Shown here in pieces: positions 32,232 to 40,047 of a stretch of DNA of 64,000 nt. The translations under genes and the position numbers were made by a program. The notes below the pieces were generated by a model. The model was not told the origin of the DNA. It saw only the letters and a program-made list of their open reading frames with translations, and did no database searches. This DNA is from a virus, in IMG/VR virus record IMGVR_UViG_3300032304_000826, positions 38,348-102,347 of that record. One strand, 5' to 3'. Position 1 is the first letter of the stretch. Each line of letters opens with the position of its first letter.

Positions 32232-32397
32232 TCTGGGCAGTTTGGTTTTGTCCGCCTGGAGTTCCGTAAGGGGCCATCATATTAGTACCCCCGTACCACA
32301 GATAATAGTAGGGTAAAACATATGGGGGGAGCGCAACACCACCTGTTACATAGTTGCGTGGTCCTGGAGCAGCCAGCTGGTGTTTCTTTTTATGCAT
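32143..32397 (-). CDS. Hypothetical protein (leaderless candidate)
   Basis: Late-promoter motif ends 7 nt before the ATG. Confidence 0.45.
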   Translation of the reverse strand: MHKKKHQLAAPGPRNYVTGGVALPPYVLPYYYLWYGGTNMMAPYGTPGGQNQTAQNDFGKDTDGASTGTGEAAAGGDASAGAIV

Positions 32398-32457
32398 AAC
32401 TAATACTCTCAGAATATGAAATATTAATACTAGTCAAAACCGGCGGGAATTTTGTAA

Positions 32458-33024
32458 TTACGCCTCTTGTATGTATGTGTGGATCTCTCCACCTGAATAG
32501 ATGTCGTGCTTTATAGATATTTCAATTGCACGCTGCAAAGCCTTTTCGGCGGCCTGGGGTGTACTGATCTTTGAATAGTTGAGGGCCTCGAGGGCTCCAA
32601 GTGCGATATCGCCACCACTACCAGCGTAGTAGACTCGACGGGCTTCTCTATCCCAAGAGTAATCATTAAAGATCGGGTAGATAGTTCCTCTTATAGATAC
32701 AATGAGGTTAGAGTCTTGGAATGCTGCATCGCCGTCTTCTTTACCTTCATAGCCTGCTTCTTGAAAAGCTTTACGCATGCTAGGTATAAACTTCTTAGTC
32801 ATGAAGACATCTAGCTCTTCTGCGCTGCGAGGCTTAGGTGGCTTCCAACCAAACTGTGTAATGTTTCCACCGCGGGATGCTCCGGATACTGCAATGAGTA
32901 CTCCGTTGTTGTTGACAACTTTAGATGTAGCAAGTTCCATATAACGTCCGTCTTCATCGGATGCACGAGAGTCGCAACCAATTACTGACCAACCATCTCC
33001 TTGTATTGCTACAAGTGTTGTCAT
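32458..33024 (-). CDS. Proteasome beta/HslV-like Ntn protease
   Basis: N-terminal MTT, DSR, conserved Lys, GSGG, DIYSGG motifs. Confidence 0.82.
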   Translation of the reverse strand: MTTLVAIQGDGWSVIGCDSRASDEDGRYMELATSKVVNNNGVLIAVSGASRGGNITQFGWKPPKPRSAEELDVFMTKKFIPSMRKAFQEAGYEGKEDGDAAFQDSNLIVSIRGTIYPIFNDYSWDREARRVYYAGSGGDIALGALEALNYSKISTPQAAEKALQRAIEISIKHDIYSGGEIHTYIQEA

Positions 33025-33143
33025 GTGCTCTCCCTTAAGTTGTAGATGCCCGTCGCGTAATGCGGCCCAAGAGACTAACAGAAGGACTTATTAGCAAGTA
33101 CCACGGGCTTTCAGCATATCCCACGCTGAAGGTAAGCCTTAGT

Positions 33144-33698
33144 CTACAGTATATCTTTATCTTTTTTAGTACGTGTGATAGTGGTGTTGTATTCGTGCTG
33201 ATGAGGCTTGGTAGTCCAATCCTTCTCAGGGAACTGCTTCTTGACCGTCAGTGGGGGTGTATCGCCCTTAATGGTGATCTTCTTGACCCTCTGCTCCTCA
33301 GGAAGCTCCCTGGAGAGTGATACCGTCAAGATACCGTCCTTGAATGATGCTCCGTCTACAACCACATACTCTGCTAATGCGAAGTTCTGCTTGAATGCCC
33401 GTCCACCGATTCCTCGATGTAGGAACTCATTATTAGTCTCTTCCCCACGATTTCCCTCGATTACCAGGGTTGACGGTGGTTGGACCTCGACTGTTATGTC
33501 TTTTAGTGTAAATCCAGCTAGAGCGACCTCAATTTTAAAATTATCTTCATTTACCTTGATAATGTTATATGGAGGATAGCTAGTAGCTCTTCCGCTCATA
33601 TTCTCGAGCATTTCCATTTGTCGATCAAAACCGACCATCCACGCCCTAAATGGGAATAGATCCTTGTTATTACTTGTATTTCCGGCATAGGCCATCAT
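33144..33698 (-). CDS. Small heat-shock protein Hsp20 (IbpA-like)
   Basis: SYPPYNI, IEVALAGF, FLHRGI..R.F...F.LAE, GILTVSL; start reassigned to the ATG after AAGGAG. Confidence 0.9.
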   Translation of the reverse strand: MMAYAGNTSNNKDLFPFRAWMVGFDRQMEMLENMSGRATSYPPYNIIKVNEDNFKIEVALAGFTLKDITVEVQPPSTLVIEGNRGEETNNEFLHRGIGGRAFKQNFALAEYVVVDGASFKDGILTVSLSRELPEEQRVKKITIKGDTPPLTVKKQFPEKDWTTKPHQHEYNTTITRTKKDKDIL

Positions 33699-33726
33699 TG
33701 TACTTCTCCTTAGTTTCAGCGAGTTA

Positions 33727-33753
33727 AAAGCACTCCCTATCGGCAAGTGCTCC
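33727..33753. promoter_or_regulatory. CIRCE-like operator (HrcA site) upstream of hsp20
   Basis: AAAGCACTC-N9-AAGTGCTCC versus consensus TTAGCACTC-N9-GAGTGCTAA; just downstream of a minus-strand TGnTACACT. Confidence 0.6.
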
Positions 33754-34069
33754 CAAAGTGTAGCAGCCACTGCCAAAGATTTTGTAATCTAAGTATTCCC
33801 CGATTTTTCCTCCCAAAATAACGAATTGTGACATGCAGCACACAGGCCGGGCCACTGCCTAGCTCAATATGGTCTTGGTAGTCAGTCTCACCTGGCGGCC
33901 AACTGAGGCAAAAAGGCTTAAAGGTGCGGGGGGGTCAAAAGAAGCACTGAACTGAATTTAGTTAGAATTAATGTGAGCGAGTGGTCGTGCCACTCGTAAG
34001 AAATGAGTAGGGCGGTAGCCTGTCTGTCAGACAGTCTATCGCCTTTTTTCGTGCCTTCTTCGTGATGTG

Positions 34070-34141
34070 GATAGGGCAGGGTCAAACCTGCCCTATTCGC
34101 CATGCCTATAACAATGGGCAGTCGGGAGATAACTGTCTCCC
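34070..34141 (+). promoter_or_regulatory. Control region at the start of the plus-strand block
   Basis: ATAGGGCAGG-N6-CCTGCCCTAT inverted repeat, TATAACAAT, then CGGGAGA/TCTCCCG hairpin before the RBS. Confidence 0.45.
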
Positions 34142-34161
34142 GTGTAACGAAAGGAAACCAA

Positions 34162-34710
34162 ATGACTACTCAGTCATTGTTCGACCAGTCCGTAGTGGCT
34201 GCTGCTAATGTCCGTGGTGCTCGTGGCGAGGAGCGTGAAATTGAGCGCCTTGCCAATGAGGCCATAGCCAATGGGTGGGGTGCGCCTATCCCTGCCAGTA
34301 TCTACAGCGACCTTGCTGTAGTTGCCAAGAAGGATGGGACAGAAGTGGTGGAAGTATCACCACTTCAGTTTGCCCACGCCTTCTACTTGGTTCGTACCTA
34401 CGGGTACAAGCCTCGTGATGCCCGCCGTATCGCCAAGCGATTCGGTATGGAGTTGGATGGTGTGTATACATCCGACACAGCACAGGTGGTTCGTGCCATC
34501 ACCACTATGGAAGAGCAATTCGTTGACGATAAGGAATCAGTCCTTATCCCAACCAGCATTGCTGCCATCAAGTCCCGTGTCGCTACGCTTAAGAAGCGTA
34601 TGAAAGACGGGGCTGTATCAGATGCCGACCTTCAACAGTTGGCATCTATAAGCGAAGAGATCCGTGATCTCTCCGTTGCCACCACCCCATCACTGGTGGT
34701 AAGCGCGTAA
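34162..34710 (+). CDS. First gene of the putative early block, unknown function
   Basis: GAAAGGAA RBS precedes ATG 34162 (ORF track starts 34102). Confidence 0.7.
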   Translation: MTTQSLFDQSVVAAANVRGARGEEREIERLANEAIANGWGAPIPASIYSDLAVVAKKDGTEVVEVSPLQFAHAFYLVRTYGYKPRDARRIAKRFGMELDGVYTSDTAQVVRAITTMEEQFVDDKESVLIPTSIAAIKSRVATLKKRMKDGAVSDADLQQLASISEEIRDLSVATTPSLVVSA

Positions 34711-34719
34711 TACTCTCTC

Positions 34720-35070
34720 GGCTACTGCCTTCCTAGCCGCATAGCCTGTGTCAGTCCGACCAGGTTATCGGCTAGGGGGTAGTGCTGTTATCAGGGTATT
34801 AGGGGAAGTCAAGGGCTAAGCCAATAGTCCTTGGCCTCTCAACTCTACACGGTGCTACCTTCCCCGTACCGTGTAGGGCTGAGGGGTTCATACCCCTTAC
34901 ATCAGAAGATACGGCGATACCTGTGGGAATCAGGAGACTGTTAGGCAATCCCGAAGTACACCCTAACCGCTAATGGCACGAAGATAACTACTCTGTTCTG
35001 CCTTCCACAATGGGGGGTGGGTATGCCTATGTGTACCAACACAAACCGTATGCCTGCCCCCCATTTCTCC
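34720..35070 (+). ncRNA. Candidate multi-hairpin structured RNA
   Basis: No ORF; at least four long stems whose imperfections are mostly G-U on the plus strand. Confidence 0.6.
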
Positions 35071-35083
35071 ACCCAGTTAGTCT

Positions 35084-35188
35084 GTGAAAGGCGCATCTGT
35101 TCATCTGTAGGGAGGGTCCTTATAGATCATTGAGTGCTATCAAGCAGGTGCGCCTCTCACTCTCTACCTGAGAGTATGAACTAGGAGG
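35084..35188 (+). ncRNA. Closing-stem cassette 1 with hairpin and RBS
   Basis: GTGAAAGGCGCATCTG pairs with CAGGTGCGCCTCTCAC; then ACTCTC/GAGAGT hairpin and AACTAGGAGG. Confidence 0.65.
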
Positions 35189-35193
35189 TTGCT

Positions 35194-35382
35194 ATGTCCC
35201 ACATAGTTTCAGACGATACAACAGCCCGCCTTATTCCGGGCACAATCGGTACGAAGACAGTCACCATTCCTACCGAAACTTTCTACGAGGTAGTCAATGC
35301 TCTCCGCGATGGTTGCGGATGTGCTAAGTGCTTGGACAATGCCAACACTCTCCTTGTCCACGGGTATACACCTAGGAGGTAA
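35194..35382 (+). CDS. Small hypothetical protein (CGCAKC)
   Basis: AGGAGG RBS. Confidence 0.65.
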   Translation: MSHIVSDDTTARLIPGTIGTKTVTIPTETFYEVVNALRDGCGCAKCLDNANTLLVHGYTPRR

Positions 35383-35384
35383 CT

Positions 35385-35591
35385 ATGGACTGTACCGTCT
35401 GTGGTAACCCCGTCCTACCTGGCAGATGGGATGCTGGTTATCACTATTGCTTTGATCCAAACTGTGCCCACGAATTGCGTGAGCGACAGAAGAAATACGC
35501 CCTGATTCTTATGCCCAAGCAGGGCTTTACCTATGTAGAGGTTGATAGTCCTCACCTGTTAGATGGCAAGTCATCAGGTAGGTCATCTTAG
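35385..35591 (+). CDS. Small Zn-finger protein
   Basis: CTVC..YCFDPNC; AGGAGG RBS. Confidence 0.65.
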   Translation: MDCTVCGNPVLPGRWDAGYHYCFDPNCAHELRERQKKYALILMPKQGFTYVEVDSPHLLDGKSSGRSS

Positions 35592-35598
35592 ATAGATA

Positions 35599-35808
35599 GT
35601 GGAAGGCACATCAAGCACGGACACCATCCAGTTGGTAAGTATTGTTAGAGGCATTTGATGTGGTCTCGTCTAACTTCCGCTTGGCGCAGTTATGTATGTA
35701 ATATTCACATCTGCATACATTGATTTACTCGTCCCCCTGAAAACGGCCGTATAAAGTCCCTCGCTTGGTGTGCCTCTCACCCTCTATCTGAGGGTAATAA
35801 CTAGGAGG
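35599..35808 (+). ncRNA. Closing-stem cassette 2 with hairpin and RBS
   Basis: GTGGAAGGCACATCAAGC pairs with GCTTGGTGTGCCTCTCAC; then ACCCTC/GAGGGT hairpin and AACTAGGAGG. Confidence 0.65.
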
Positions 35809-35814
35809 AAGAAG

Positions 35815-35976
35815 ATGGAAAAAGAATGTGCAGTAATCCATTGCACCAATACCAATCTCGTCTATAGCGGTACTGATGCATTCCAGTTAGGCGGTATCCC
35901 CACCGAAATGTATTGCCGTCCTTGTGCGATCGCTTACTATGTGATCAGCGAAACAATGAAGGCCATCAATGCCTGA
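35815..35976 (+). CDS. Small Cys-containing protein
   Basis: ATG after AGGAGG; CAVIHC..CRPC. Confidence 0.6.
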   Translation: MEKECAVIHCTNTNLVYSGTDAFQLGGIPTEMYCRPCAIAYYVISETMKAINA

Positions 35977-36274
35977 GCGTGCCAACACAAACACGCCCAC
36001 CTACGCCAACATCTGCGCTAGGTTGCGCTATGTACGCCAACTCAAGGGCTGGACGCTTGATGAGGCCGCACAAAAGTCTAATGGCAAGCACAAAGCCAAT
36101 GTAATCGGTTCCTATGAACGCGGACAGCGGTCAATCTCAGTCAAGAAACTCATTGAGCTGGCCCGCCTGTATGACGTACCTGTTACCGATTTCTTTGGCA
36201 TCCCCGATCAAAATGAAAAGTCACAGGCACTCATTGACCTGTTGATTGACCGCCTACACGCACAGAAGGGATAA
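35969..36274 (+). CDS. XRE HTH regulator, BldD N-terminal-domain-like
   Basis: KS.G..KA.V.GSYERG.R..SV..L.ELA..Y.VPV matches the BldD DNA-binding domain pattern. Confidence 0.8.
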   Translation: MPERANTNTPTYANICARLRYVRQLKGWTLDEAAQKSNGKHKANVIGSYERGQRSISVKKLIELARLYDVPVTDFFGIPDQNEKSQALIDLLIDRLHAQKG

Positions 36275-36276
36275 CA

Positions 36277-36525
36277 ATGGACAGACCAATACCGATTGGC
36301 AAAGATCAAGTCAATCATTACTACATCTCCACCGTATTTCTAGGTGAGGACTACAAGCCCCGCGCATACGAGACCATGGTCTTTGAGAATGACGAGGCTA
36401 TCTACGAAGCCCGCTATGAACTTGAATGGGAAGCAAAGATTGGACACATGCACGCTATACATCTAGCGCGTAATGACAAGTTCCTTCCCCGCGAGTCTGC
36501 GCCTCCAACAGCGCAACAACTTTAA
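36277..36525 (+). CDS. Hypothetical protein (ISTVFLG..YETMVF)
   Basis: RBS, coupled ORF. Confidence 0.6.
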   Translation: MDRPIPIGKDQVNHYYISTVFLGEDYKPRAYETMVFENDEAIYEARYELEWEAKIGHMHAIHLARNDKFLPRESAPPTAQQL

Positions 36526-36534
36526 ATGGATGGA

Positions 36535-36786
36535 GGAAGGCAGAGATAGGGTCTGAGCATCTCTACCTGATTCTGCAAGCTGCGCTTCAGGTTCTCCGCC
36601 ACGTATGTATCAAATGGAGAGTGAGCCCCGTGGGCAAATGTTAGAGAGAATGTGCCTACTTGTGCGTGTGACTCCATGAGAAGATTTCTGCAGTGCATTG
36701 CAGCACGCTTCTTTGGTACGTGAAACTGATTCGTTACAGCCTATCTCTGTCTTCCCCTGCCCATTTGGACAGGACAACAAGGGAGG
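36535..36786 (+). ncRNA. Closing-stem cassette 3 with hairpin and RBS
   Basis: GGAAGGCAGAGATAGG pairs with CCTATCTCTGTCTTCC (16 bp, one G-U) around about 190 nt. Confidence 0.65.
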
Positions 36787-36791
36787 ATAAA

Positions 36792-37019
36792 ATGAAAACA
36801 GAAACCTTAACGATTACCATCGCTAAGACTGTTCTCTATAAGCATGAGGATACTCATGTAAAGACAGACGGCAAGTACAGTTGGATCCGCTTCAACAATA
36901 CATCTAGTTGCCCGTTCTGTATCGCAAAGGCAATCCCAATGATTGAGGATAAGCAAGACACCCTCTCATTGGCCCACTACATCAGTGCTAATGCAAAAGC
37001 ATTAGTCGCTGCTAACTAA
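36792..37019 (+). CDS. Hypothetical protein
   Basis: ATG after GGGAGG. Confidence 0.6.
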   Translation: MKTETLTITIAKTVLYKHEDTHVKTDGKYSWIRFNNTSSCPFCIAKAIPMIEDKQDTLSLAHYISANAKALVAAN

Positions 37020-37030
37020 GGAGGCAAATC

Positions 37031-38002
37031 ATGGAAGGTGAGATCATCTTCTACAACGGGTTCAACCTATTGGTTGACCTTATCATCGCGGGTGCTGTGT
37101 TCTACTTCACCCGTCGCTTTATGTACCGAGCAGGTTGGCACGATGGATACAGCGATGGCTTGTCTGATGTTCAAGACGGCCTTGTATACCTGGAAGAACG
37201 AGATGGTGTGCTTGAATGGATACCAAACATCGCTCCAACACAAACAACCACCGACCGCCCCGCTTTATTCGTAGTGCCTGAGGCTAACTAATGATTAGCA
37301 AGAATGGCATACCCGATGATGAGCTGTATGTCATCAAAGTGTACGAAGACGGTACCAACGGCAAGGCAGGCTATTTCGAGTATAACAATGCTCTAGATGC
37401 AGTCAATGCGTTCAATAAGTTCGTTGATCTTGGCGATGCCAAAGAGACACGGGCTGTGTATTTAATCGAGCCCAATGAAAAGATTCACACACGTATGTTC
37501 ATGCGTGGTGAGAAGGGAGTACTGACATCATGAAACGAAAAACAGTCCTAGTTAGTATCTATTATCGTGGAGAAGAGCCTGAGATTGAGGGTCTTGACAC
37601 ATTCTATCTATCTAACGCAATTGAAAGGGCAGTTAAATTAAACAACAAGACAAGTGATGTCTTTGATGTAGCCATAGATGAGACAAAGCCGTGGCTATTC
37701 TCAAATAGTCGTTGGTATACCAAGTACGTATTTAAATTAGCACGCTTATGACTATGCAACGCATCGGTCGTTATGAATTTAACGACAAAGGCACAGCAGT
37801 GTGGGTAGAGACAGATATAGATGTACCAGAGGGGCAAATCATTGTATTTGATGAGTTTCCAACAGGTGCTTGGGCTGACCCTAAGTTCTTATCTAACATA
37901 CTAGACATAATGAATAAGGCGTGCAATGAAAACAAAGACGATATCGAAGACATCCTTATGGATATAGAACTAGAAAAACTTATCTACGATACCAAGAACT
38001 AG
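37031..38002 (+). CDS. Four coupled small hypothetical ORFs (37031-37291 with TM helix, 37291-37533, 37530-37751, 37748-38002)
   Basis: Overlapping stop/start codons, RBSs. Confidence 0.6.
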
Positions 38003-38007
38003 GTAAG

Positions 38008-38081
38008 GCGCTGTTAGCTCAGTTGGTTAGAGCCCCGAACTCATAATTCGGTCGTCGTAGGTTCAAGTCCTACACAGCGCA
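38008..38081 (+). tRNA. tRNA with CAU anticodon (Ile2-like or elongator Met), CCA not encoded
   Basis: GCGCTGT/ACAGCGC acceptor, TAGCTCAGTTGGTTAGAGC D arm, CCGAA-CTCATAA-TTCGG, GTAGG-TTCAAGT-CCTAC. Confidence 0.93.
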
Positions 38082-38234
38082 CGGCACACTTCAAGAGGAG
38101 GGAGTGTCTTTGGTCTGACAAGACCTAAGGTAAAACATGGCCCGTGAGCATCGGGGTATACCTGCTACCTGTCCTGAGCATGACAAGGCTAAACGGCTCA
38201 ACACAAACAAACCCGACACACAGAAAGGCAAACC

Positions 38235-38732
38235 ATGGGAGCAAAAACAAACTCTCTCAAAATCAGGCGACTTGACCTCCTTGAAGCACTTGAGGAACGC
38301 TATGCCGCGTTGACAAAACAAAAAGATGAGTATGAAAAGTTAGACAAAGAGTATAACCTCGCATCTACTAAATACGACAAAGATGTGAAAGCATACGAAA
38401 AGCGAATGGATGACTTCTTACGTGGCTGCACAGTTGGCGGAGAAGTTCATTGGTCTTCAAGCAGTCGTAGATGGGGTAGTGACGAACAGTATTACAGAGT
38501 AGTTTCTGAGGTGCATGTTCCCCACAAAGCTGTGGTTAAAGCTATTGGACCTGAACCTGAACGTCCAACAAGCACACCTACTCCTTACTTTCTACGATCA
38601 CGCATGGGTAGAGGCTATGCAGTAGAGCCTTCAGTCTATGAGTCTGTTTACCAAGCAATCCAGTTGCTACATATGTCAGATGATGAGACCGTCTCAGCAT
38701 CTATGTATCAATTAGCATTGGAAGTATTGTAA
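38235..38732 (+). CDS. Hypothetical coiled-coil protein
   Basis: GAAAGG RBS. Confidence 0.65.
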   Translation: MGAKTNSLKIRRLDLLEALEERYAALTKQKDEYEKLDKEYNLASTKYDKDVKAYEKRMDDFLRGCTVGGEVHWSSSSRRWGSDEQYYRVVSEVHVPHKAVVKAIGPEPERPTSTPTPYFLRSRMGRGYAVEPSVYESVYQAIQLLHMSDDETVSASMYQLALEVL

Positions 38733-39274
38733 TGGAAATAGACTTAGATGGTGTTCGTTGCTATTCTAGCCTCAGCTTAACCTTAACGTTTAAGAAGTGG
38801 GTAATAGTAGGCAAGCATAAGAATGAAGACAGACCATTCCGTGTAGATAGACTAGATGTTCATTGGGATCCCTCTGTAGATCTAGCATACATCCCACCAC
38901 ACATTGGCATTCAAGGCGTGTGGGCTCAAAAAGGTGGTTACAAATGGGGGACACGAGGTAGTAGTTTCCCAGGTTGGCACGGTGGTGGTGGCCAAGAGTC
39001 AATGTCATTTGAGACATTGCCTTCAAGCATTAAGGTGTTCATTTACAACACAGTTATAAATGAAACATTAACATTTGCTGGTGCTTTAGCCCAACAACTA
39101 TCATTACTAACTACAAACAAAGAGTTTATAGTTAACCCAGACCACGTAACAGCTGCAGTAAATGGTGGCGGAGCATTCCTCCCATCTATAAAGCCATCAT
39201 CATTGTATGCACCGTCTAAATGGGAGAATATGGATGTATCTAGATGGTCAGTAGCACGAAAAGAAATAAAATAA
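38732..39274 (+). CDS. Hypothetical protein
   Basis: Coupled ORF. Confidence 0.6.
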   Translation: MEIDLDGVRCYSSLSLTLTFKKWVIVGKHKNEDRPFRVDRLDVHWDPSVDLAYIPPHIGIQGVWAQKGGYKWGTRGSSFPGWHGGGGQESMSFETLPSSIKVFIYNTVINETLTFAGALAQQLSLLTTNKEFIVNPDHVTAAVNGGGAFLPSIKPSSLYAPSKWENMDVSRWSVARKEIK

Positions 39275-39309
39275 TTCCCCCTCCGTTGAATACGACGGGG
39301 ATACCCAAA

Positions 39310-39404
39310 GTTCATATGTGATTGGCCGGTGGGGCCTTGTTATATAGGTCCGGTAACGGAGCATGCTATACGAGTGTGCCTTGAGAAACGTAGCGCATAT
39401 GAAC
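39310..39404 (+). ncRNA. Multi-branch structured element
   Basis: GTTCATATGTG pairs with CGCATATGAAC around two hairpins. Confidence 0.5.
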
Positions 39405-39406
39405 CT

Positions 39407-39505
39407 GCCTGTGGAAGGACCAAGAAGTACACGATAGGTATACCGTTCGACGAACCATGCAACTTATCCTCGTAATTCTGGAGGGTGCAAATCCCTTCAC
39501 AGGCG
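39407..39505 (+). ncRNA. tRNA-like RNA (acceptor and T arm, non-canonical middle)
   Basis: GCCTGTG/CACAGGC 7-bp stem abutting GAGGG-TGCAAAT-CCCTT. Confidence 0.55.
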
Positions 39506-39506
39506 C

Positions 39507-39675
39507 GTTGGGGCAGAGACATAATGATTGGCCAATGTGCGTGGGTATCCTATGTGGACACTATTCCCACTCAGTAACTAATCAAAACACATGAGACTAA
39601 ATGCAATTAAAGCGACACCTCGGGGCAACCCACGTGCGTGCAGGATACCGTTAAACGTGGTATCTCTGTCCCAAC
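39507..39675 (+). ncRNA. Closing-stem cassette 4 (whiB leader)
   Basis: GTTGGGGCAGAGA pairs with TCTCTGTCCCAAC. Confidence 0.6.
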
Positions 39676-39704
39676 ACAAACATTCACACAACATAGGAGG
39701 TTAT

Positions 39705-39998
39705 ATGCCAGTACCAGCAGCGTTACCTAAACCAATCATGGATAACTGGAAATGGCAAGAGGAAGGCCTGTGTCGCTTTGAAAGCCCCGACCTTTTCTTT
39801 TACGATGACAATGAACGCGGTGAAACAAGATCCGCGAGAGATGCATTAGCCGTATCAATTTGTAATAGATGTCCAGTAGTAAATACCTGTCTTGAACACG
39901 CTATCACAGTGCCAGAACGACACGGCATCTGGGGCGGTAAGACACAGAACGAACTAGAGATATTGATTCGTAAACGGAAACGTTCAGCGAATCGATAG
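39705..39998 (+). CDS. whiB: WhiB-family Fe-S regulator (WhiB3/WhiD-like)
   Basis: W.W...C..LFF....ERG..C..CPV...C..HA..GIWGG; ATG after AGGAGG. Confidence 0.92.
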   Translation: MPVPAALPKPIMDNWKWQEEGLCRFESPDLFFYDDNERGETRSARDALAVSICNRCPVVNTCLEHAITVPERHGIWGGKTQNELEILIRKRKRSANR

Positions 39999-40047
39999 TA
40001 AACACGGGAGTGGGAGTTACTAGGTAACGAAAAGTCCCCTCGTTTGC

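Noticed and set aside
34900-34995. Group I intron core or cobalamin riboswitch (TCAGGAGACTG; GGGAATCAGG..AATCC)
   Set aside because: No matching P7 partner or interrupted gene; B12 box and required stems not found; resemblance is limited to a few nucleotides
36693-36791. Upstream extensions in the ORF track (also 35770, 39591, 40607, 46334, 33776, 58767)
   Set aside because: They run through structured non-coding elements or neighbouring genes; downstream starts fit better, most with a clear RBS
38008-38081. Prophage attachment site at the tRNA
   Set aside because: No integrase, no duplicated 3' end and no host genes in the window
40000-40046. Hammerhead ribozyme (branched stem with CGAAA)
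   Set aside because: CTGANGA core absent
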